47,722 nt of DNA from an uncultured Bdellovibrionales bacterium (GTDB lineage: Bacteria > Patescibacteriota > Minisyncoccia > Moranbacterales > DUUL01): positions 1 to 47,722 of the forward strand of contig CAYWJP010000002.1 in assembly GCA_964458715.1 (NCBI GenBank), in the 5' to 3' direction. Under the pieces are notes generated by a model that did no database searches, was not told where the DNA came from, and saw only the letters and a list, made by a program, of their open reading frames with translations. Below are positions 9,824 through 15,506 of this stretch, piece after piece. A program made the translations under genes and the position numbers. How positions within the stretch are numbered: the first letter of the stretch is position 1; the number at the start of each line of letters is the position of its first letter.

Positions 9824-9830
9824 AAAACAA

Positions 9831-9858
9831 AAACACCTCGCTTAGTGAGGTGTTTTTT
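9831..9858. terminator. Bidirectional intrinsic terminator between convergent operons
   Basis: aaacacctc (9831-9839) pairs with gaggtgttt (9847-9855). T-runs follow on both strands. Confidence 0.75.
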
Positions 9859-9873
9859 ATATAAAAAAATACT

Positions 9874-10227
9874 TTATTTAGTAGTTTTCAGCTTGTCGAT
9901 TAGTCGTTTGAAGATTTCTGGCTCGTTTACAGCTAGCCCAGATAAAATTTTTCGGTCTAAGATAATGGTGTTGTCTCGAAGAAATTTAATAAAAGTGGAA
10001 TATTTCCAACCATTTTCTCTCAAAGCGTTGTTTAATCTTAAAATCCAAAGTACTCGAAAAGTTCTTTTTTTGTTTTTTCGATCTCGATAAGAATATTTTC
10101 CAGCTTTAATAAGGGCTTCTTTAGCCGCTCGATAATTACTTTTTCGTCGCCATTTAAAGCCTTTAGCTCCTTTTAATAAGTTTGATCGTCTTTTTGACGC
10201 CGTTACTCCTCGTTTTACTCTTGACAT
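9874..10227 (-). CDS. rplT: 50S ribosomal protein L20
   Basis: MSRVKRGVTASKRRSNLLKGAKGFKWRRK... is a typical L20 N-terminus. It sits in the infC-rpmI-rplT order. Confidence 0.95.
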   Translation of the reverse strand: MSRVKRGVTASKRRSNLLKGAKGFKWRRKSNYRAAKEALIKAGKYSYRDRKNKKRTFRVLWILRLNNALRENGWKYSTFIKFLRDNTIILDRKILSGLAVNEPEIFKRLIDKLKTTK

Positions 10228-10246
10228 GGGTGTATATTAAATGATT

Positions 10247-10444
10247 TTAACTATCCAAAAGATCCTTCTTGATAGAAGCGGCGTAAGTTTTATTGACTAT
10301 ATCCTTGCTTCGTTTAGCTCTTTTTTGCTTGGGGGTTTGTCTGGCATTGAAATGATTTTGTTTAGACTGTTGTCTGGTGACTTTACCAGAAGCAGTGAGT
10401 TTAAATCTTTTCGCTACTGATTTTCTTGTTTTAAGTTTTGGCAT
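10247..10444 (-). CDS. rpmI: 50S ribosomal protein L35
   Basis: MPKLKTRKSVAKRFKLTASGKV... is typical L35. Confidence 0.95.
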   Translation of the reverse strand: MPKLKTRKSVAKRFKLTASGKVTRQQSKQNHFNARQTPKQKRAKRSKDIVNKTYAASIKKDLLDS

Positions 10445-10489
10445 AAGTTTATTGTAAATTAAACGGCTCCCTTGAAGACTAGTTTGAAA

Positions 10490-11032
10490 CTAATCTTGTG
10501 TAATGGGAGCAATAATAACATTAAAACCATTTCCTTGCTGTTTAATGTCTTGTTCTATTTTAACTGGAAAATCAATTTTGTCAATGAATTCTTTCAATCG
10601 ATTTTTAGCTTGTTCGGAAAAAGCTTTTTCACGGCCTCTCAAAACCACCTGAATTTTGACCTTATTATTTTTAGCTAGAAATTTTTTAGCTTGTTCGGCT
10701 TTGAAAATTAAATCACCGTCACCGGTACTTGGTCTAAATCGAACACCCTTTAGTTTAGTTTTTTTCTGATTTTTTTTGCTATCGTCCTTTTCTTTGGTTT
10801 TGAGATATTGAAATTTGCCCCAATTAATCAACTTACAAACCGGTGGTTCGGCTTTGGGCGCAATTTCAACTAAGTCTAAATCTAGAGAACGAGCTAAAAT
10901 TAAAGCATCTCGAATTTCTAAAATTCCGTGTTGTTCGCCTCTTTCTCCCACCACTCGAACAATCGGAGTGTGAATAGCTTCATTAATTTTATTGCTCGGT
11001 TTTTGTGGGACTGGTTTGAATACTCTTCTAAT
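10490..11032 (-). CDS. infC: Translation initiation factor IF-3, AUU start
   Basis: The frame is open upstream of the track ORF back to a TAA. The only start-like codon is ATT at 11032-11030 (I-RRVFKPVPQKPSNKINEAIHTPIVRVVGERGEQ...). This gives a full 180-aa IF3 with the canonical non-AUG start. Confidence 0.85.
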   Translation of the reverse strand: MRRVFKPVPQKPSNKINEAIHTPIVRVVGERGEQHGILEIRDALILARSLDLDLVEIAPKAEPPVCKLINWGKFQYLKTKEKDDSKKNQKKTKLKGVRFRPSTGDGDLIFKAEQAKKFLAKNNKVKIQVVLRGREKAFSEQAKNRLKEFIDKIDFPVKIEQDIKQQGNGFNVIIAPITQD

Positions 11033-11063
11033 GGCTTTAGTTTACTTATTAAATATTTTAATT

Positions 11064-11092
11064 ATTTTATCAGAAAGCTTCATTTTTAGCAA
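11064..11092 (-). promoter_or_regulatory. Sigma70-like promoter for infC operon
   Basis: On the minus strand: TTGCTA (11092-11087), a 17-nt spacer, then TAAAAT (11069-11064). The -10 box lies about 30 nt upstream of the AUU start. Confidence 0.4.
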
Positions 11093-11100
11093 GACCAGGG

Positions 11101-11250
11101 AAATACAATTTTGAATTTTGAATTTTGAATTTCGATTCAATTTCGAATGACTTAATTTTTTAAACTTGCAAGCGAAGCTTGCGGTTTGTTTCAGCCATTG
11201 TAAAATTAAAAATTCATTCGAAATTTTAAATTCAAAATTCGAAATTATTT
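11101..11250. repeat. Long AT-rich imperfect palindrome with GC hairpin core (GCAAGC-GAA-GCTTGC)
   Basis: Left arm: aattttg x3 (11107-11127), aatttcg, then atttcgaatga (11140-11150). The latter pairs with tcattcgaaat (11214-11224), an 11-bp perfect match. Core hairpin at 11168-11182. The 14-mer aagcgaagcttgcg (11170-11183) is identical to 44070-44083. Confidence 0.7.
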
Positions 11251-11274
11251 TTTTTATTTTTTAAAATAAAAAAA

Positions 11275-11293
11275 TGTGGAGGTGATGGGAATT
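11275..11293. repeat. Distal direct-repeat copy of tmRNA 3' end (att-like)
   Basis: tgtggaggtgatgggaatt is identical to 11400-11418. On the minus strand it reads AATTCCCATCACCTCCACA, followed by a T7 run. Confidence 0.8.
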
Positions 11294-11399
11294 CTTCTCG
11301 CTCTGACTCGAAGCCCGGGTGCTACAAACAGAAAGCTCGCTTCCTCGCTTCCTACTCGCACCCTTCAATTCCTAATTTATTTGTCAAAAAATCAAGATT

Positions 11400-11418
11400 T
11401 GTGGAGGTGATGGGAATT
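11400..11418. repeat. Proximal direct-repeat copy (the genuine tmRNA T-loop-to-3'-end segment)
   Basis: Exact 19-bp match to 11275-11293. It overlaps the T-loop, T-stem and acceptor 3' strand of ssrA. Confidence 0.8.
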
Positions 11419-11793
11419 GAACCCATGTCCAGTGTCAAAATTTTAAAATCGTCTACAGATATATCCCATTTGTTTTAAATCTAGTTACCTTTAAATGGGC
11501 AAAAAAATAAAAAGATTTTCTTTTGTGTGATTTGGTTAATTCGCCAAAAGAAAACAAACTAACTACGTTCTGATGTTGACACCGGAGAAGGGATTATCAG
11601 AAATCATCCCACCGATGGGCCATAGGTTATATTAAGCTATGGCAACAGCAAAGTTAGGTGTGAAAGCTGATGCTAACGCACTTTTTGCTTTGTTATATAA
11701 GTTTGCACTTATAAATTTGATATACTTTTAATGAGGCATATAACTCAATCTGCAAATTTCAAAATACTTAACCTGTCGAAGCCTAACACCCCC
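11402..11793 (-). ncRNA. ssrA: tmRNA (SsrA)
   Basis: Minus-strand 5' end GGGGGTGTTAGGCTTCGACAGG. The 3' end is GGACATGGGTTCAATTCCCATCACCTCCA. The acceptor stem GGGGGTG/CACCTCC contains the G3:U alanine identity pair. A candidate tag ORF starts at GCA (11706) and ends at TAA (11634-11632): ANLYNKAKSALASAFTPNFAVAIA. It is adjacent to smpB. Confidence 0.85.
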
Positions 11794-11865
11794 AAGTTAC
11801 GCTATATTTGGTATCAGTGTTTCTTCCGCTAAAATAGCTTTAAGCAAAAGATAAAGGTCTTGCGG

Positions 11866-12055
11866 ACTATGAATTTTTAATTTCCAATTTTTAATTTTTA
11901 AACAAATTTTAATTTTTAAATCTTAAATTTCCATTTAGGCAGAGAGAAGCTTAAAAATTAAGATTTAAGATTTATTTAAAAATTAAAAATTATAAAATTA
12001 AAAATTGAGAACCTAAAAACTATCAATAGCTTAGCATGCGCAGTTTTTAAGTCCG
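11866..12055. repeat. Long AT-rich imperfect palindrome (aatttttaa-type tandem motifs) between ssrA and smpB
   Basis: The arms at about 11872-11930 and 11950-12010 are imperfect reverse complements (caatttttaattt, aatttttaatttttaaa, aaatcttaaat). Outer 6-bp pair: cggact (11866-11871) / agtccg (12050-12055). Confidence 0.55.
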
Positions 12056-12069
12056 ATATTGCTAATAGT

Positions 12070-12504
12070 TTATCGTCGTTCCTTATAGGTTCTTTCAATA
12101 TCGATTTTATCTTCTCGATCTTTAATGGTGCGACGTTTGTCGTGTTTCTTTTTTCCTTTAGCTAAGGCGAAAGAAAGCTTGATTAGACCTTTTTTATTAT
12201 ACATTGAAATAGGTACTAATGTCAAGCCTTCAGTGCGAGCTTTTCCGATTAATCTTTTAAGTTCGCTTTTTTTGACTAATAATTTTCGAGGGGTAGTGGG
12301 GTCGTATTTTTCTTGATTTCCGGCTTGTTGATAAGGATTGATATGGGCGTTAGTTAGATACAATTCCGTTTTTCGAAAAGTAACAAAAGCACCTTTAAGA
12401 GAAGCATGCCCAGCTTTGACTGATTTAACTTCGTAGCCTTTCAAAACTAAACCAGCCTCAAATTTTTCGATGAAGTCGTAATCAAATCCAGCCTTTTTAT
12501 TCAT
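12070..12504 (-). CDS. smpB: SsrA-binding protein SmpB
   Basis: MNKKAGFDYDFIEKFEAGLVLKGYEVKSVK...KGKKKHDKR is typical SmpB. The track ORF extends 5 codons further, to 12519. Confidence 0.9.
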   Translation of the reverse strand: MNKKAGFDYDFIEKFEAGLVLKGYEVKSVKAGHASLKGAFVTFRKTELYLTNAHINPYQQAGNQEKYDPTTPRKLLVKKSELKRLIGKARTEGLTLVPISMYNKKGLIKLSFALAKGKKKHDKRRTIKDREDKIDIERTYKERR

Positions 12505-12721
12505 TATGCATGGTCGCATTTGTTTTGTTTAGAACTTAGTTGTTTGGCACACTTTTTTGTCGAATCTTCCGCTACTCGCTCAGTGTACTAATTTGTACAT
12601 TTCGCTTGGTGCTCAGACTCTCCTCAAATTGTCCTCAAATCACTAAGTTCTTTCAGTGTAATTATTTACATTATTTAGCTAAGAATCTAAATCTTAACTA
12701 GTATTTTGAATTATAGTCTAT

Positions 12722-13795
12722 TTAAAGAATTATTTCAATGAAACGCCATTTTTGGGCGAGATCTTTGCTGAATTTTGTTTGAGCTTCGGGGAAAATTTTT
12801 CTAAATTCATTTTCAGCTATTTTTTCTTGTTCGGGAGATATTTCAAAGATTAGATAGAGGTTTTGCACTAAGTTTACCAAATCATTATCTTTGATTTGAG
12901 TCAAAAGATCCAAGTAGAAACCTAATCCAGCCCTATCGGCAATTAAAGCCTTTTTTGGTTCAAATTCAAGAACTGATTTGGGACAATTTTTGTAGATATT
13001 TTGCGATAAATAAGGTAAATTAGCGGTAATTACCAATTGAGTACCAGAAAGATATTCTAAATATCTTTTTAAAGGCTTGTTTTCAATTGTGCTTTTGTTG
13101 TGAAGTTTATCATTTTTAGAATGAATATTCGAAATAATTCTAGAAGCTTTAGCATCCGTTAAGGCAAGAGAATTTTTCGAAGATTCAGCTAAAAATGGGG
13201 GATTGCAACAGGAAGCACGATTGGGAACAGGCCTCTGTAAAAATTTTAATAAGTCAGCCTCTAAAAAGTCTATTTTTATCTCAGGAACTAATTTTTCCCC
13301 ATTTTTTTTAGCTATTTTTAAAGCTTCCGGAGAAATATCAGTTCCAATTGCTTTAATATTGGAATTTCTAAAACGACTTTTTTGAAGTTCTTTTAAGAGA
13401 GAGATCAAAATACAGCCTGAGCCAGTTCCGATATCAATAAGAGTAATATCTTTCGAGGGATAAAATTCTTTATGACAATATTCTAAAGTTTTTTCAATCA
13501 AAGATTCAGTCTCGGGGCGGGGGATTAGAGTCTCAGAACTAACTAAAAAGGGTCGGCCATAAAAAATTCTTTCTTTAATTAGATATGCGACTGGTTCTTG
13601 ATTGCCCCTTCTTTGAATTAATTTCTCGAATTTTTCTATTTTTTTTTGGGAAATTTTTTGTTCAGGATAGGAAAATAAAAATTCTCGGTCTTTTTTTATG
13701 ACCGAACTTAATAAAATTTCTGCATCCAAATCAGGAGTAGGAGAGAAGTCTCTCAACCTTTTTCTATTTTGATTGAGTAAATCTTTAATTTGCAT
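12722..13795 (-). CDS. prmC: Release-factor glutamine N5-methyltransferase (PrmC/HemK) with about 60-aa insertion
   Basis: SAM motif LIDIGTGSGCI and the post-motif-IV segment EFEPKKALIADRAGLGFY. It lies immediately downstream of prfA with an 11-nt overlap. The catalytic-position motif reads NLPY (13021-13010), and an extra NPPF sits 61 aa upstream (13204-13193). Confidence 0.75.
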   Translation of the reverse strand: MQIKDLLNQNRKRLRDFSPTPDLDAEILLSSVIKKDREFLFSYPEQKISQKKIEKFEKLIQRRGNQEPVAYLIKERIFYGRPFLVSSETLIPRPETESLIEKTLEYCHKEFYPSKDITLIDIGTGSGCILISLLKELQKSRFRNSNIKAIGTDISPEALKIAKKNGEKLVPEIKIDFLEADLLKFLQRPVPNRASCCNPPFLAESSKNSLALTDAKASRIISNIHSKNDKLHNKSTIENKPLKRYLEYLSGTQLVITANLPYLSQNIYKNCPKSVLEFEPKKALIADRAGLGFYLDLLTQIKDNDLVNLVQNLYLIFEISPEQEKIAENEFRKIFPEAQTKFSKDLAQKWRFIEIIL

Positions 13796-14861
13796 CTCCT
13801 AGTTTCATTTCTAAATCTTTTTGAGTGATTTGCTCGATAATGTCATCTAGACCTCCGCTTAGAATCTCTTCAATATTAGACCAGCTGACTTTTATTCGGT
13901 GGTCAGTGATTCTATCTTGAGGAAAATTGTAGGTTCTGATTTTTTCACTTCGATCACCAGTGCCGATTTGTTGTTTTCGTTCTGAAGAGGCTTCGGCTTG
14001 TTCTTTTTCCTCGATTTGAGACAAAATTCTGGATCGGAGAATTTGCATAGCTTTTTCCTTATTCTGTAATTGAGATTTTTGATCTTGGCAAGAAGAAACA
14101 GTTCCAGTTGGAGTGTGAGTAATTCGAACGGCGGAGTTAGTGGTATTTACGGATTGTCCTCCTGGTCCGGAAGAGGCAAAAGTGTCTATTCTGAGCTCAT
14201 CTGGTCTAATTTCCAAATCAGTTTTTTCAGCTTGAGGAAGAACGGCTACCGTAACCGTAGAAGTATGAATTCGGCCTTGTTTTTCGGTTTCCGGAATTCT
14301 TTGAACTCGATGAACTCCTGATTCGAATTTTAGTTTAGAATAAACATTTTTTCCTGAAATTTCAAAAATTATTTCTTTAAAGCCGCCTAATTCGTTAGAA
14401 CTAGAGCTAATAAGCTCGACTTTCCATTTATTTTTTTCAGCATAGCGAGAATACATTTTAAATAATTCTCCTACAAAGAGGCTGGCTTCATCGCCTCCGG
14501 CGCCAGCTCTGATTTCGACTAAAATATTTTTTTTATCGCGAGGGTCAGAAGGTAGGAGAAGTCGAGTCATATCGATTTCTAGATTTTTAAGAGTATTTTC
14601 AAGTTCTTCTTTCTCGGCGTTAGCCATTTCTAAAAGCTCTTCATCTTTTTCTTCTTGGAGCATCCTATCGTTTTCTCGAAACTTTCTTTTGATTTCTTCC
14701 CATTTTTCAATTTGAGTAGCTAGCTCTTCGATTTCGCTAATATCTTGATTGAGCTGTCTAAGTTTTTCGGGATTATTAAAATTAGCTGGGTTTTCCAGCT
14801 CTTTTTTAAGCTCAACATAATTCCTTTTAATGTTATTAATTCTTTCTTGGTTCATTGGCAA
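13785..14861 (-). CDS. prfA: Peptide chain release factor 1
   Basis: GGQ motif (SSGPGGQSVNTT) and the RF1-type PxT tripeptide (VQRIPETEKQGRIHTS). Confidence 0.95.
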   Translation of the reverse strand: MPMNQERINNIKRNYVELKKELENPANFNNPEKLRQLNQDISEIEELATQIEKWEEIKRKFRENDRMLQEEKDEELLEMANAEKEELENTLKNLEIDMTRLLLPSDPRDKKNILVEIRAGAGGDEASLFVGELFKMYSRYAEKNKWKVELISSSSNELGGFKEIIFEISGKNVYSKLKFESGVHRVQRIPETEKQGRIHTSTVTVAVLPQAEKTDLEIRPDELRIDTFASSGPGGQSVNTTNSAVRITHTPTGTVSSCQDQKSQLQNKEKAMQILRSRILSQIEEKEQAEASSERKQQIGTGDRSEKIRTYNFPQDRITDHRIKVSWSNIEEILSGGLDDIIEQITQKDLEMKLGDAN

Positions 14862-14920
14862 TAGTTAAAAGTTTTTAAAGTTTCTAAAAGCAGAATGTTT
14901 TATTTAGTATAGCATAGTAT

Positions 14921-14955
14921 AAAAAAACTCCCACCAAAAAAAACTTTTAGTGGGA
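14921..14955 (-). terminator. Intrinsic terminator downstream of rpmE
   Basis: Hairpin 14929-14955 (tcccaccaaaa / ttttagtggga, one mismatch, 5-nt loop). A T7 run follows on the minus strand (14921-14927). Confidence 0.7.
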
Positions 14956-14973
14956 ATTTTAAATTTTGAATAG

Positions 14974-15258
14974 CTATTTCTTATCTTCCTTTTTATCTTT
15001 AGCAATTTTTTCGCTCTTTTTTTTGGGTACTTTAACTTTTTTGGCCTTCATCTCTTCCATTTTTTGAACTCTTTGTTTGAATTTATCAACTCGACCAGTG
15101 CTGTCAATTAATTTTTCTTTTCCAGTATAAAAAGGATGACACTCACTGCAAATTTCAATGTCAATTTTTTCAACAGTAGAACCAATTTTAAAAATGTTCC
15201 CACAGGCACATTTTACTTCAGTTTCCGGATTGTATTTAGGGTGAATTTTTTTCTTCAT
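14974..15258 (-). CDS. rpmE: 50S ribosomal protein L31 with Lys-rich C-terminal tail
   Basis: [47 protein letters not shown] is a typical Zn-ribbon L31. The longer track ORF (to 15327) would start inside the predicted promoter. Confidence 0.9.
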   Translation of the reverse strand: MKKKIHPKYNPETEVKCACGNIFKIGSTVEKIDIEICSECHPFYTGKEKLIDSTGRVDKFKQRVQKMEEMKAKKVKVPKKKSEKIAKDKKEDKK

Positions 15259-15298
15259 CAGTTTTTTTATTATTAGAAACAATTTAATTTCAAATAAG

Positions 15299-15327
15299 AG
15301 TCTAGCACGATTTTTTAGTGATGGCAA
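15299..15327 (-). promoter_or_regulatory. Sigma70-like promoter for rpmE
   Basis: On the minus strand: TTGCCA (15327-15322), a 17-nt spacer, then TAGACT (15304-15299). Confidence 0.35.
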
Positions 15328-15393
15328 TAGCTTGTATTTGAGTCATAAAAAAATCAAAGTTTGATTATCAGAAATTTAGATTTGCATTTTTTC

Positions 15394-15439
15394 AAAAAAT
15401 AGTATAATTTAAGTTTGTGTATTTTAAAAAAATAGTATA
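15394..15439 (+). promoter_or_regulatory. Duplicated -10-like boxes upstream of the 15507 gene
   Basis: The 13-mer aaaaaatagtata occurs twice (15394-15406 and 15427-15439). The first contains TATAAT (15403-15408), with TTGCAT 15 nt upstream. Confidence 0.3.
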
Positions 15440-15506
15440 TTCTAAATTTAATGTTTATTAAGGTATCGAATACTCTAATTTTAATAAATAACAAAATAAA
15501 AAATAA

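Noticed and set aside
9065-10090. ORFs 9065..9310(-) and 9845..10090(+).
   Set aside because: They are antisense to the RNHCP gene and to rplT respectively, both of which have unmistakable conserved sequences.
11107-11134. Tandem aattttg heptamers and similar periodic A/T repeats, considered as a CRISPR array or satellite.
   Set aside because: The period of 7-8 bp with no spacers is not CRISPR-like. They form the arms of the palindromic elements instead.
11294-11399. Possibility that the segment between the duplicated tmRNA ends is a T-loop intron, since group I introns are known in some ssrA genes.
   Set aside because: The proximal copy already gives a complete T-arm and acceptor end. At 106 nt the segment is far too short for a group I or II intron, and no P7/P3-like cores are seen.
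12520-12721. SRP RNA, RNase P RNA or 6S RNA in this and other larger intergenic gaps.
   Set aside because: By eye I found none of the conserved cores: no GGAAGCAGC-type SRP domain IV and no GAGGAAAGTCC RNase P P4 motif. Covariance-model scans are needed for a firm negative.
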